Positions 29,986 through 40,706 are shown, counted from the first letter of the stretch. The stretch: 64,000 nt of DNA from Candidatus Latescibacterota bacterium (GCA_965226795.1 CBDDDZ010000004.1:352001-416000), one strand, 5' to 3'. Notes: generated by a model from the letters alone, not told the origin. Program-made: numbers and translations.

Positions 29986-30399
29986 GTGGCTGAGAAAATT
30001 GATAAGACCGACGAGGAGTGGCGGGAAAAGCTATCGCCCGAACAGTATCAGGTGACAAGAAGGGGCGGAACTGAACGGGCGTTTACGGGCGAATACCACG
30101 ACTTCAAGGGGAAAGGGATTTATCTTTGTGTGTGCTGCGGAAACGAGCTGTTTCGTTCCGACGCCAAGTACGATTCCTGCACGGGCTGGCCCAGCTTCTG
30201 GGGCCCTACGGATGCCTCGAACGTGGAAACGGAAACGGATTTGGCCTACGGCATGGCGCGCACGGAGGTCAAATGCAGCCGGTGCGACGCACATCTCGGA
30301 CACGTATTCGACGATGGACCCCAACCGACAGGATTGCGGTACTGCATGAACTCCGCGGCGCTGGACTTTGAGGAGAAAGATACGAAAGAAAAGGATTGA
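29986..30399 (+). CDS. msrB: Peptide-methionine (R)-S-oxide reductase
   Basis: GTERAF, two Cxx[16 protein letters not shown] and RYCMNS. Confidence 0.97.
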   Translation: MAEKIDKTDEEWREKLSPEQYQVTRRGGTERAFTGEYHDFKGKGIYLCVCCGNELFRSDAKYDSCTGWPSFWGPTDASNVETETDLAYGMARTEVKCSRCDAHLGHVFDDGPQPTGLRYCMNSAALDFEEKDTKEKD

Positions 30400-30498
30400 A
30401 CAGCCAGCCGCCAGGGTTGGCGCAAAACTGGCCCCGTCACTGCACGCGGACGATTTGAATACCGACCGGAAGACACCCCGTCAATGGAGGATCCATCA

Positions 30499-30960
30499 GT
30501 GAGTTTGAACTTCGCCACCCGGGAAATCGTGTCGCAGCCTATCGTGTGCATACGCGCCACAACCAGTATGGAGGAGATCGCCGGCGTCATCGGCGCCCTT
30601 TTCGGCGACGTAATGGACTATCTCAACCGGAACGGTCTCGCGCCGTCGGGGATGCCCTTCACAATTTACCACGAGATGGATTGCGAGCAGCTCGTAATGG
30701 AATGCGGGATGCCGGTGGCTTCGGCCGTAGAGGGCACTGAGCGCGTTCGACCAGGCGAACTTCCCGCAGGGAAAATGGCGACGGTGACGCACATGGGCCC
30801 CTACGAGCAGTTGGGGCAGACGTGGTCCGCTCTGAAGGATTGGATGGACGGACGGGGGTTGCAGGCGGCGGGAGCGCCCTGGGAGGTCTACGTTACGGAT
30901 CCGGGTGCGGAGCCCGACCAGTCAAAATGGCGCACCGAGATCTTCTTCCCCGTGCACTGA
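30499..30960 (+). CDS. GyrI-like effector-binding protein
   Basis: HMGPYEQL and WEVYVTDP...WRTEIFFP. Confidence 0.85.
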   Translation: MSLNFATREIVSQPIVCIRATTSMEEIAGVIGALFGDVMDYLNRNGLAPSGMPFTIYHEMDCEQLVMECGMPVASAVEGTERVRPGELPAGKMATVTHMGPYEQLGQTWSALKDWMDGRGLQAAGAPWEVYVTDPGAEPDQSKWRTEIFFPVH

Positions 30961-31071
30961 ACGACGGCGCGGGTACAGGAGTTTCGGTGGAATCCGGATG
31001 GGCCGTTGGCGAACAGGCATCGGCCATCGTTGGCGTAAACCCGAAGAGATTCATGGCTTAAGGAGTATAGA

Positions 31072-31884
31072 ATGAAATATCGATTTGCCGAAATGATATG
31101 GTATGAAATCAAGGATGCCGCGGAACAGGACCGGGTGGCGGTTCTGCCCGTGGCGACATACGAGGATCACGGTCCTCACCTTCCGGTGGATACCGACGTC
31201 GTACTCTGTACCGAGATCTGCGAACGGGCCGTGGCGCGGATCCCGTCGGAAGCCGTTCTGGCCCCGCCGGTTCCGCACGGGTACAGCCCCCACCACATGG
31301 ATTTTCACGGGACCCTGACGATCACATGGGATACGTTCATCAGGTACGTCAAGGATGTCTGCTGCAGCCTCGCCTACCACGGCTTCAAGCGGATTCTGGT
31401 TGTAAACGGCCACGGAAGCAATGCGCCGCCGCTGGACCTGGCGACCCGGCTTTCGGTGATCGAATACGAGGGCAGGATTCTGTGCGGTTCGGTGAACCAC
31501 TGGGGGCTCCGGAAGGTGAAAGAGGTGGGCCGCGAACTGAGGGAATCCGACTACGGCGGGACCTCCCACGGAGGAGAGTTTGAGACATCGCTATACCTGG
31601 CGTTGAAGCCGGATCTGGTGGACATGAGCAAGGCGGTCGACGAACGGTCGCCCCTGTCGAACAGTTTCCAGTCCGATCTGCTCGCAGGCGCCCACCCGGA
31701 TGGGTCCAGTGCGAATTTCACGCCGTACTGGAGCACGAAAACGGCCAGCGGCGTGATGGGGGACGCGACAAAGGCCAGCCGGGAGAAAGGGGAGCAATTC
31801 CTGGAGGCCGCCATAGAGGGACTGATCGAACTGGTTCGGGAACTGCGCGCCACGGAAATCATGGACCGGCGTGACCAGCATTAG
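31072..31884 (+). CDS. Creatininase-family amidohydrolase
   Basis: EDHGPHLPVDTD, NGHGSN and HGGEFETS. Confidence 0.92.
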   Translation: MKYRFAEMIWYEIKDAAEQDRVAVLPVATYEDHGPHLPVDTDVVLCTEICERAVARIPSEAVLAPPVPHGYSPHHMDFHGTLTITWDTFIRYVKDVCCSLAYHGFKRILVVNGHGSNAPPLDLATRLSVIEYEGRILCGSVNHWGLRKVKEVGRELRESDYGGTSHGGEFETSLYLALKPDLVDMSKAVDERSPLSNSFQSDLLAGAHPDGSSANFTPYWSTKTASGVMGDATKASREKGEQFLEAAIEGLIELVRELRATEIMDRRDQH

Positions 31885-31938
31885 TGTTCCGGCCCGGAAC
31901 ACCAGATCTGCCGCGAGGCCGGATGAAAGGGTGTATAC

Positions 31939-32940
31939 GTGAAGATGAATGTTTTCACCAGCGGCCAGGATGGGTACCACACCTACCGGATTCCGGCCGT
32001 TTTGGTGTCCCCGAGCGGATCCTTGCTGGCCCTTTGTGAAGGCCGGCGTAACAATCAGTGGGATCACGGAGATATCGACCTTCTGATGAAGCGTTCGGAA
32101 GACGGGGGACGTTCTTGGTCGGCGCAGCAGGTGGTGTACAGCGAAGAGGGTGAGATCACGATCGGTAATCCCTGTCCGGTGGTGGACGCGGAGACGGGCA
32201 CAATCCGGATGTTGTTCTGCAGAGACAACATGGATGTACTGGTCACACACAGTACCGACGACGGCTGGCACTGGTCGGATCCGACGGACATTACCGAGGG
32301 CGTCAAGAAGCGCGAGTGGGCCTGGTATGCGACGGGTCCCGGGGTGGGCATTCAACTCCGGAACGGAGCGGGAAGAGGGCGGCTGCTGATTCCCTGCGAC
32401 CATCGGAACCCGCATGCGTACGACTGCGGTTCACATTCGATTTACAGTGACGACGGAGGAATTTCCTGGCGGTTGGGAGGCACGGTCCGGCCGGGAGCCA
32501 ACGAGTGCCAGTTCGGTGAACTTGCGGACGGAAGCGTCGTCATGAACACCCGGATGCAGACGCACAGCGAAGGGTATCGCGGAACTGCGCTGAGCCGGGA
32601 CGGCGGGGAGTCCTGGCAGGCGTTCCGGCACGACCGGAACCTGCCCTGTCCCAAATGCCAGGCCAGCCTCGTGGAAGGCAAAGGCAGGAACGACCTGCTG
32701 TTTTCGAATCCCGCAGCTCCCGGGCCGGCAAATCCCGGTGGAGGAGAGCGGGTGAACATGACCGTACGGCTGAGCAATGACGGGGGTATGACCTGGCCCG
32801 CGGCGAAATTGCTGCACGATGGCCCGGCGGCGTATTCCTGCCTTGTGGTGCTTCCGGAGGACACGTTCGGTTGTTTATACGAAGCGGGATCGGCCTCGGC
32901 GTACGAGCACATTGTTTTCGAGCGTTTCCGGTTGGATTGA
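31939..32940 (+). CDS. Sialidase-family (GH33-like) protein
   Basis: YRIP motif, five Asp-boxes (SxDGGxxW-like) and AYS. Confidence 0.9.
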   Translation: MKMNVFTSGQDGYHTYRIPAVLVSPSGSLLALCEGRRNNQWDHGDIDLLMKRSEDGGRSWSAQQVVYSEEGEITIGNPCPVVDAETGTIRMLFCRDNMDVLVTHSTDDGWHWSDPTDITEGVKKREWAWYATGPGVGIQLRNGAGRGRLLIPCDHRNPHAYDCGSHSIYSDDGGISWRLGGTVRPGANECQFGELADGSVVMNTRMQTHSEGYRGTALSRDGGESWQAFRHDRNLPCPKCQASLVEGKGRNDLLFSNPAAPGPANPGGGERVNMTVRLSNDGGMTWPAAKLLHDGPAAYSCLVVLPEDTFGCLYEAGSASAYEHIVFERFRLD

Positions 32941-32949
32941 GAAATCGCC

Positions 32950-34275
32950 ATGGATGAGACATCGGTTGGACGCGGACCTTCAGTGGAGGAACAATATCGG
33001 GCGGGTAGCCCGCGTTCCGAGGCGGCTTTCGAACAGGCCAGGGCGGTGATGCCGGGAGGCGTGAAAGGGGCGTACTTCTACAAGCCCTATCCGCTGACCA
33101 TCGAACGGGGTGAGGGGTGTTACCTGTACGACCTGGATGGCCGCAAACTGGTGGACTTCAACAACCACCATACGGCGCAGATTCTGGGGCACAATCATCC
33201 CGCTGTGGTGGCGGCGGTGCAGGCGCAGGTCTCGAGGGGGATCGCGTTGAGCGCGCCGGCGGGCGTGGAGACGGGACTGGCCGAGGAAATGTGCAGGCGC
33301 GTGAAGTCCGTTGAGAAGATCAGATTCTGCAGTTCCGGCACCGAAGCGACCCTGCACGCCATTCGGCTGGCGCGTGGGGTCAGCGGAAGGACGAAGATCG
33401 CCAAGTTTGAAGGTGGATATCATGGAAGCCACGACGTGGTGGAGGTGAGTGTGGCCCCGCCCCTTGATAAGGCCGGGCCCGCGTCGGCCCCGCGTTCGGT
33501 ATCCACGGCGGGCGGCGCTTCACCGAACGCGGCTGGCGAGGTGGTGGTCCTGCCGTACAATGACGAGAACGCCGCGGAGCGATTGCTCGCGCGGCATCGA
33601 GGCGAACTGGCATGCGTGATATTCGATCCCCGGGCCGGAATTCTGTGGCAGCGCGCGGAGTTCGTGCAGTTTGTATGTGACATGGCGCGTCGGAATAATG
33701 TACTGTCGATTTTCGATGAGATCGTCGGATTCCGGGTCGGCACGGGCGGGCTTCAGGAGCACTATGGCATCACGCCGGATCTGACAACTTACGGAAAGGT
33801 TATCGGCGGCGGCTTTCCGGTGGGCGCCTTCGGAGGCCGGGCGGACCTGATGGACCACTTCGACACGTCGCGGGGGCCGACCGGATTCTTCCAGAGCGGC
33901 ACGTTCAGCGGGCATCCCGTGGCAATGGCCGCCGGCCTGGCAACCCTGGAGCAGTTGACGCCGGACGTGTTCGCCCACCTGAACCGGCTGGGAGAACGGC
34001 TCCGGGACGGGTTGAATCGATTGTTTTCAGAGAGAAACGCGGATGCGATTGCGGTCGGTGTGGGATCGCTGTTCAGCGTTCATTTTTCAGGTGAGAAGAT
34101 GGTGAATTACCGCCATCTGGCCCGAACGGATAAAGCGGCCGCGCACCGCCTGCTACTCGGGCTGATCGAACAGGGATATTTCCTGGGCAACGGGCTGTTG
34201 ATGAGCGCCGTCTCCACGCCGATGGATGAAAGCCACGTGGATGGATTGATCGAGGCGGTTGGAAGGACGATCTGA
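32950..34275 (+). CDS. Class III aminotransferase (GSA-aminomutase-like)
   Basis: SGTEAT, GGYHG, FDEIV and GKVIGGGFPVG. Confidence 0.88.
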   Translation: MDETSVGRGPSVEEQYRAGSPRSEAAFEQARAVMPGGVKGAYFYKPYPLTIERGEGCYLYDLDGRKLVDFNNHHTAQILGHNHPAVVAAVQAQVSRGIALSAPAGVETGLAEEMCRRVKSVEKIRFCSSGTEATLHAIRLARGVSGRTKIAKFEGGYHGSHDVVEVSVAPPLDKAGPASAPRSVSTAGGASPNAAGEVVVLPYNDENAAERLLARHRGELACVIFDPRAGILWQRAEFVQFVCDMARRNNVLSIFDEIVGFRVGTGGLQEHYGITPDLTTYGKVIGGGFPVGAFGGRADLMDHFDTSRGPTGFFQSGTFSGHPVAMAAGLATLEQLTPDVFAHLNRLGERLRDGLNRLFSERNADAIAVGVGSLFSVHFSGEKMVNYRHLARTDKAAAHRLLLGLIEQGYFLGNGLLMSAVSTPMDESHVDGLIEAVGRTI

Positions 34276-34291
34276 AACCGCACGCGGATGT

Positions 34292-34482
34292 CTAGTGTTC
34301 TGTCCCTGAAATAGATTGCCTGAATTCGGCCGCAGGGTCGCCCGGCTCGCAAGGCGCCTGAGCGAGGCGACCTGCGCAAGGTCGGCGAGCGATGGCACTT
34401 CGACAAGCTCAGCGCAAGCAACGCAGCGAGACGGGATGAACCGGCGGATGAATGGTGACATATTTCTGGGACGGGACACCGG
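34292..34482. mobile_element. MITE-like structured repeat, copy 2, with a 23-bp insert
   Basis: CTAG-TGTTCTGTCCCTGAAATA...TATTTCTGGGACGGGACA-CCGG. Insert at 34398-34420. Confidence 0.85.
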
Positions 34483-34574
34483 GAACGAGTTCCCTTTTTT
34501 GTATCCCCTCGCAACCGCGAAGGCGTTCGTCCACGGACGGCCGCATAAGGGTGTTGATTCCGGAGGATATTGAA

Positions 34575-35551
34575 ATGCGATATATCGATACACACGCCCA
34601 TCTGGGGCCGTGGTTCGACGAGATTACGACGTTTACCGCCGAGGGCTTTGTGGCACTGCAGGAGCGGGCGGGCATCGAGCGGACCGTGGTGACGTCCGGA
34701 TCCGCTCTGTTTACAGAGTTGATATATGGCAACGAGTGGACCATACGGCAGGCTGAGAATCTGGAACATCTGCTTGTATGGCTGGTATTGAACCCGATAC
34801 ACACGCCCACCTGGGGCCGTGGTTCGACGAGATTACGACGTTTACCGCCGAGGGCTTTGTGGCACTGCAGGAGCGGGCGGGCATCGAGCGGACCGTGGTG
34901 ACGTCCGGATCCGCTCTGTTTACAGAGTTGATATATGGCAACGAGTGGACCATACAGCAGGCTGAGAAGCTGGAACATCTGCTTGTATGGCTGGTATTGA
35001 ACCCGTTGAAGATGAGCGAGTCACTGGAGTTGCTGGAGCGGTTCAAGGACCATCCCAAGGTCGCGGGATTCAAAATCCACCCCGTGCAGCACAAGTATCC
35101 GGCGGACATCAAATCCACGTTCAGGCTCTTCGAAAAACTGGAGCCCCTCGGGCTGCCGGTGCTTTCCCACGGAGAGAACGAGTCGTACGCGGCTCCTGCC
35201 CGGTTGCGGCGGCTGGCAGAGGGCTTTCCGACCTTGACACTCATTACGGCGCACTTCGGCGCGGGGCAGCCGGGGCAGACGTACGAGGCAATCGACGCGC
35301 TTCAGGATTGCAAGACGGGCAACCTCTACACGGACATGGGCACGGCGCGGGCGATTCGCACAGGCATGATCGGATTGGTGGTGCGTGAGGTGGGTGCGGA
35401 CAGGGTGTTGTTCGGTACGGATTCGCCGCTCTACGAACCGATGGCGTTCCCCGCGTTGCTTGCGGCGGCGGATATAACGGAAGCAGAACGGGAACAGATC
35501 GCTTACAGGAATGCGGAGCGGCTGGTGCTGGCGCCGAAGGGGCTGGCATAG
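34575..35551 (+). pseudogene. Amidohydrolase_2-family gene frameshifted by a 5' tandem duplication; 34778-35551 remains an intact ORF
   Basis: DTHAH, KIHP, AHFG and FGTDSP motifs. The original start 34575 (GGAGG RBS) stops at 34901. Confidence 0.8.
34588..35005. repeat. 209-bp tandem duplication with 3 mismatches
   Basis: 34588-34796 versus 34797-35005, with CG microhomology at the junction. Confidence 0.95.
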
Positions 35552-35596
35552 TGACCGTCGATGGTGTTGAGGCAAGGCGTACGGAGGAATAGCCCG

Positions 35597-36949
35597 ATGA
35601 AACTGGATCGGCGTCAGCGCCGATTGCTGAAACGGACGTTTCTGGATTATCAGCAGACGTCGTCCTTTATGGAACATCCGTTTCTCGTGAAAAGGGCGCA
35701 TGGCCTCTACTATTGGGATATCGAGGGCAAGCGCTATTTTGACGGGATCGGCGGCATCTTTGTGGCTTCCCTGGGTCACGGCCACCCCCGGGTTTTGGAG
35801 GCGATGCGAAAGCAGGCGGAAACGCTCTCTTTTTCACCGCCGATGCACGGACTTTCAGACGTGGCGCTGGATTTCGTGGAAAAACTGGGTGGCGTCACGC
35901 CGGGGAATCTGAATTTCATCAAGTCCTACAGCGGCGGTTCCGAAGCCGTCGAATCCTCACTGAAGTTTACCCGGCAGTACTTCAAGCAGAGCGGCCGCCC
36001 GGGCAAGTACAAATTCGTCAGCCGTTACTTCGGGTATCATGGCGCTACTTTTGGCGCAATGGCGGCCAGCGGAACCGGGAAACGCAAGACGCCGTTCGAG
36101 CCGCAGATGGGCGGATTCCTCAAGGTCTTTCCGCCTACGTATTACAGAGACCGTTTTGCTTCCTGGGAGGAATGCAACCGGTTCTGTGCGCAAATGTTCG
36201 AGGACGTGATCGTCAATGAAGATCCGGATACGGTGGCGGGTGTCATTCTGGAACCGATCGGAAATACCGGAGGGATTATTACGCCCACCGAGGAGTATTT
36301 TCAGATTATCCGCGACGTCTGCGACCGTTACAATGTGGTGTTGATCTACGATGAGATCATTACCGGGTTCGGCAAAACCGGCTCGATGTTCGCCGCCCAG
36401 ACGTTCGGGGTGACGCCCGACATTATCTGCGCGGGCAAAGGGATCTCGAGTGGGGCGTATCCGGTGGGGGCCATGATGGCGCGGGAGGAAATGGGAGACG
36501 TCTTCCTGGGGCCGGTGGAGGCGGATGTCAACTTTGCGCATGGGCATACGTTCGCGGCCAATCCCGTTGCCTGCGCCGTGGGAATGGCCGTAATCGACGA
36601 AATCGTGGAGCAGGAGCTGGATCGGAAGGCCGGGGAACTCGGCCATTATCTGGCATCGAAGCTGGAAGGGTTGAAGGATCTGGGCGTGGTGCGCGAGGTG
36701 CGGGGCCGGGGGCTGCTGCAGGGCGTGGAACTGGTGAAGGATACGAAGACGATGGCCCCGTTTCCGGAACTGGGGCAGGCACTGAAACGGACTTCACTGG
36801 AGAATGGTCTGCTCATTCGGATCGACCCCACCTGGTTTGCCGTAGGGCCGGCGTTGATCGTACAGAGGGAGGATATCGATGAGTTGTGCGATCTCGTGAG
36901 AAAGAGCCTGGTTGACGCGCTGGAGCGGGTCGGACAGGGACGACCCTGA
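35597..36949 (+). CDS. Class III aminotransferase (omega-amine/BioA-like)
   Basis: GGSEAVE, GYHG, DEIITGFGKTG, GKGISSG and HGHTF. Confidence 0.9.
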   Translation: MKLDRRQRRLLKRTFLDYQQTSSFMEHPFLVKRAHGLYYWDIEGKRYFDGIGGIFVASLGHGHPRVLEAMRKQAETLSFSPPMHGLSDVALDFVEKLGGVTPGNLNFIKSYSGGSEAVESSLKFTRQYFKQSGRPGKYKFVSRYFGYHGATFGAMAASGTGKRKTPFEPQMGGFLKVFPPTYYRDRFASWEECNRFCAQMFEDVIVNEDPDTVAGVILEPIGNTGGIITPTEEYFQIIRDVCDRYNVVLIYDEIITGFGKTGSMFAAQTFGVTPDIICAGKGISSGAYPVGAMMAREEMGDVFLGPVEADVNFAHGHTFAANPVACAVGMAVIDEIVEQELDRKAGELGHYLASKLEGLKDLGVVREVRGRGLLQGVELVKDTKTMAPFPELGQALKRTSLENGLLIRIDPTWFAVGPALIVQREDIDELCDLVRKSLVDALERVGQGRP

Positions 36950-36962
36950 AAGGGAGGCGCAA

Positions 36963-37628
36963 GTGTCTACAACGAGGTTAACGATACTATTGTGTATCTT
37001 GCTGCTGATATCGTCGGAGACCATTTATGCCGGTGGCCTGGAAAAGCGATCGCGCGTTGAACTCAGGATGGGAATTCGGAATCAGGGGGGAAAGACCGAG
37101 GCAAGAACGCAGGTTGGACCACTTGGGGTTGAAACGACCGCTGAGTCCGATGGTATACTTGTCTCGCTGGCCTATGCGTACACATTGCAGGAGAACGTCG
37201 CCGTCCATGCCACGCTCGGGGTCCTGGCTGTCGAGGCCGGTTCTCGCGTTGGGCTTCCGGGAATCTCCCAGCGGGCGGGCGTCGTTTGTCCTCTGATCCT
37301 GGGCATGAGATATTATATGCCTCGGACGACACTCCAAGCCCCGTTCAGGCCCTTTCTGACGGTGGGCATAGGGCCCAACATCGGAGTTGAATCCAAAAAC
37401 GACGTCGGCTTGCAGTTGGTGCAGAAGTCCACCATTATGACGTCATTGGGAAGCCGGGCGGGAGTCGGGCTGGACGTTCGGCTGGGCCGATCCGCAGTGG
37501 CAATTGTAAACCTGGGATGTAACCTGATGACGGATTTTTCGGAGCCGTTAGGCGACAGGCGCAACTATAGCGGACTCGAATTCGGCGTAGGAATCGCCTG
37601 GCTGTTTGGCGGGGCTGTTGAAGAATAA
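36963..37628 (+). CDS. Small outer-membrane beta-barrel protein
   Basis: Signal peptide, alternating amphipathic strands, FRPFLTVGIG and a terminal GIAWLF strand. Confidence 0.75.
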   Translation: MSTTRLTILLCILLLISSETIYAGGLEKRSRVELRMGIRNQGGKTEARTQVGPLGVETTAESDGILVSLAYAYTLQENVAVHATLGVLAVEAGSRVGLPGISQRAGVVCPLILGMRYYMPRTTLQAPFRPFLTVGIGPNIGVESKNDVGLQLVQKSTIMTSLGSRAGVGLDVRLGRSAVAIVNLGCNLMTDFSEPLGDRRNYSGLEFGVGIAWLFGGAVEE

Positions 37629-37744
37629 GCACGACGCAATCAAGCCATGGGATGACAAGGAATCGAATATTCAGTACGGTGGGAACCTGATGTCTCCCCG
37701 ATTTCAATCCGGGTAAGCATTGCCTTCTCTTACGGGAGGTCCTG

Positions 37745-38845
37745 ATGTCGAATTACCGCGTGGCGATCATCGGCACGGGTCGCGTGGGATACCAGTTCAG
37801 TTTCGGAGATCTGCCGGACAACCATGCCGATGCGTTGCGGCAACATCCCGGCTGCGAACTGGTGGCGGGTGTGAACCGGGGGCGCGAGAAACTGGAGACC
37901 TTTGGAGAACGCTACGGAATCGACGCGCTCTATCACGACTACCGGCGGATGCTGGACGAGATCAGGCCGGACATCTGCATCGTGGCCACCCATCCTGAAT
38001 TGCATTGCGAGATGGTTGAGACATGCGCCGCTGCGCCCGCGACAAAGGCGATCATCTGTGAGAAACCGATGGCCCTGTCCCTGTCGGAATGCGACCGGAT
38101 GATCGAAGCCTGCGACAACGCGGACATCCCGCTGCAGATCAACCACAACCGGCGGTGGTCACCTGAATGGAACCTGGGACTGCAGCTGTTGCGGGACGGC
38201 GCGATCGGAGACCTGAATCACGTCTATTGTTATATGGATGGCGGCAAGCCCGCGCCGTGGTGGCGAAGCGAGAACGAGGGGCCGCTTCTGCACGACTTTA
38301 CCCATTACTTCGACCTGATGGATATGTACGCCGGCGAGGTGGCATGGTTGTGCGGCATGGCGGAGCAGCGGATGCGTCCGTGGGCCGTTGAAGACTTCGG
38401 CGCGGCAATGATGAAGTTCGAGAACGGGGCTACAGGATTGGTGCATGGCGCGGAACTGACAGCCTATACGGACAATGCGTTTGAACTGCGAGGAACGGAG
38501 GGCGTGATCCGTTTTCTGGGAGAACGGGTCCATCTCTACCGGGCGGTTGAGGACGATTACGAACCGGATAGCGGATTTCAGTGGAGCTCCTTGAAGCTGG
38601 CGCAGGTCGAACATCCGCCGCCCGCGTCAACGTATGTCCTCGCGCTGAACGAGTTGGTAAGTGCGCTGGAGGATCATGGTGAATTGCGGAGCGATGGGCG
38701 GGTGGGCCTGCGGTCCCTGGAAATGGTGATGGCAATCTACCAGTCCCAGCTTGGGGGCAATCGTCCCGTCCAATTCCCGCTCGAAGCGCGCGGCTCGGGT
38801 GTGGCGGCCCTGCGTGAAGCGGGAGCGTTCGTAGAGCGGAAATGA
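37745..38845 (+). CDS. Gfo/Idh/MocA oxidoreductase
   Basis: IIGTGRVG, CEKPMA and HYFD. Confidence 0.92.
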   Translation: MSNYRVAIIGTGRVGYQFSFGDLPDNHADALRQHPGCELVAGVNRGREKLETFGERYGIDALYHDYRRMLDEIRPDICIVATHPELHCEMVETCAAAPATKAIICEKPMALSLSECDRMIEACDNADIPLQINHNRRWSPEWNLGLQLLRDGAIGDLNHVYCYMDGGKPAPWWRSENEGPLLHDFTHYFDLMDMYAGEVAWLCGMAEQRMRPWAVEDFGAAMMKFENGATGLVHGAELTAYTDNAFELRGTEGVIRFLGERVHLYRAVEDDYEPDSGFQWSSLKLAQVEHPPPASTYVLALNELVSALEDHGELRSDGRVGLRSLEMVMAIYQSQLGGNRPVQFPLEARGSGVAALREAGAFVERK

Positions 38846-38873
38846 GCAATAAAAGATAAAAAAGGGGATTGCG

Positions 38874-40706
38874 ATGGCGGAATCCGAGGCGCGCGGCTCG
38901 TGGATCGAGTACGATGTGATCGTCCGAAAAAACGTGATGGTGCCCACGCGAGACGGTGTAAGCTTGGCGACGGATCTGTATTTCCCGGCGAAGAAGGGCG
39001 GCATTGTGCCGGGCGAATTTCCAGCGGTTATCGAGCGTACTCCGTACGATAAGGAATCCAAATTCAGCGAGGGTCGGTATCTCGCGCGGAGAGGCTATGT
39101 GGCCGTACGGCAGGATGTCCGTGGGCGATTCGAATCCGAGGGCGTGTGGCATCCGTTTGCAAAGGAGGCGCCCGACGGCTACGATACCGTGGAATGGGTT
39201 GCCGCGCAGCCCTGGTGCGACGGTCACGTAGGCACGATGGGCGGGTCTTACTGCGGAAGCGATCAGAGTGCGCTGGCCACCCTGAATCCGCCGCATCTGA
39301 ACGCAATGGTTGTCGCGGTGGGCACGTCGAACTATCACACCAGTTCGATGCGGCAGAACGGCGCGCTGGAGTTGCGGTTCATGATTTATGCGTTCAGGAT
39401 GGCAACGACGAGCAAAGAGGCGCTGGCGGATGCAACCCTGAAGGCCGCATTGGACGCGGATTTTGCACGGATAGGAGAATGGATGACGCGGACGCCCTAC
39501 CGAAAGGGATCGTCGGCCCTGCGTCTTCTGCCCACCTATGAACAGTGGGTGCTGGATCTTCTGGGCGAAGGGGATTTCAACAATTATTGGAAGCAGCGAG
39601 GATATGCAATCGACCACTACTACGACGAGCACGCGGACGTGCCCACGATTTATCTGGGCGGGTGGTATGATTCATACACCCGGGGAACCACTGCCAACTA
39701 CGTGGCGCTGTCGAAGAGGATGAAGTCGCCACAGCACCTGCTGATGGGTCCATGGACGCATGGCGGTTGGGGCAACTCGTTCGCGGGAGACGTGGATTTC
39801 GGGTCGGAATCCGTGCTCGACGATTACGATGGATACCGTCTGCGCTGGTTCGACAGGTGGCTGAAGGGAATTGACAACGGTGTCGACCGGGAAAAGCCGG
39901 TACGGATATTCGTGATGGGCGGCGGCGGCGGCATGAACCGGGAAGGGCGCCTCTCCTATATGGGCGCCTGGCGCGACGTGGAGGATTGGCCGCTGCCCGA
40001 AACGCGGTTTACGCCGTACTACCTGCATTCGGACGGCACAATCGGCCAGGAGCTGCCGGAACCTTCCGGGCCGAGTCGGTACACGTTCGATCCCAGGGAT
40101 CCGGTACCCACAATCGGCGGCAATCTGTCCGCAGGGGATCCGGTTCTGGTTGCCGGCGCCTACGACCAGCGAGGGGATACGCGCTTTTACGGATGCAGGG
40201 ACAACCTGCCGCTGTCGGCGCGCAGCGACATCCTCGTCTTCCAGACCCCCGAACTGGAGAAGACCGTGGAAGTGACGGGGCCGTTGACGATGATATTGTG
40301 GGCGTCTTCGTCCGCACCGGATACGGATTTCACCGTCAAACTGATCGACGTACATCCGCCGGACGCGGACTATCCCGATGGTTTCGCTCAGAATATAACG
40401 GACAGCATCATCCGGGGGCGCTATCGGAACTCGCGGGATAAACCGGAGTCGATGGTGCCAGGTGAGATTTATGAACTGGAAATCGTAATGTATCCGACCT
40501 CAACCGTATTCGGGGTGGGGCATCGGATCCGGCTGGATGTCTCCAGCAGCAATTTTCCCAGGTTCGATATCAATCCGAATACGGGTGGCGCATTGGGGCG
40601 GGACCGTCGGGTTGTCCTGGCGGAAAACGCGTTATATCACGATCCGGATCATCCTTCGCACATTGTTTTGCCCATTATTCAGGGGTGTCGACAGGCAGAT
40701 GGGTGA
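38874..40706 (+). CDS. CocE/NonD-family hydrolase
   Basis: RTPY, QDVRGR, GGSY nucleophile, GGWYD, GPWTH and SSSNFPRFD. Confidence 0.93.
   Translation: MAESEARGSWIEYDVIVRKNVMVPTRDGVSLATDLYFPAKKGGIVPGEFPAVIERTPYDKESKFSEGRYLARRGYVAVRQDVRGRFESEGVWHPFAKEAPDGYDTVEWVAAQPWCDGHVGTMGGSYCGSDQSALATLNPPHLNAMVVAVGTSNYHTSSMRQNGALELRFMIYAFRMATTSKEALADATLKAALDADFARIGEWMTRTPYRKGSSALRLLPTYEQWVLDLLGEGDFNNYWKQRGYAIDHYYDEHADVPTIYLGGWYDSYTRGTTANYVALSKRMKSPQHLLMGPWTHGGWGNSFAGDVDFGSESVLDDYDGYRLRWFDRWLKGIDNGVDREKPVRIFVMGGGGGMNREGRLSYMGAWRDVEDWPLPETRFTPYYLHSDGTIGQELPEPSGPSRYTFDPRDPVPTIGGNLSAGDPVLVAGAYDQRGDTRFYGCRDNLPLSARSDILVFQTPELEKTVEVTGPLTMILWASSSAPDTDFTVKLIDVHPPDADYPDGFAQNITDSIIRGRYRNSRDKPESMVPGEIYELEIVMYPTSTVFGVGHRIRLDVSSSNFPRFDINPNTGGALGRDRRVVLAENALYHDPDHPSHIVLPIIQGCRQADG

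Noticed and set aside
34588..35005. DGR template/variable repeat pair
   Set aside because: The three mismatches are not adenine-specific on one strand, the repeat is at the 5' end, and no reverse transcriptase is present.
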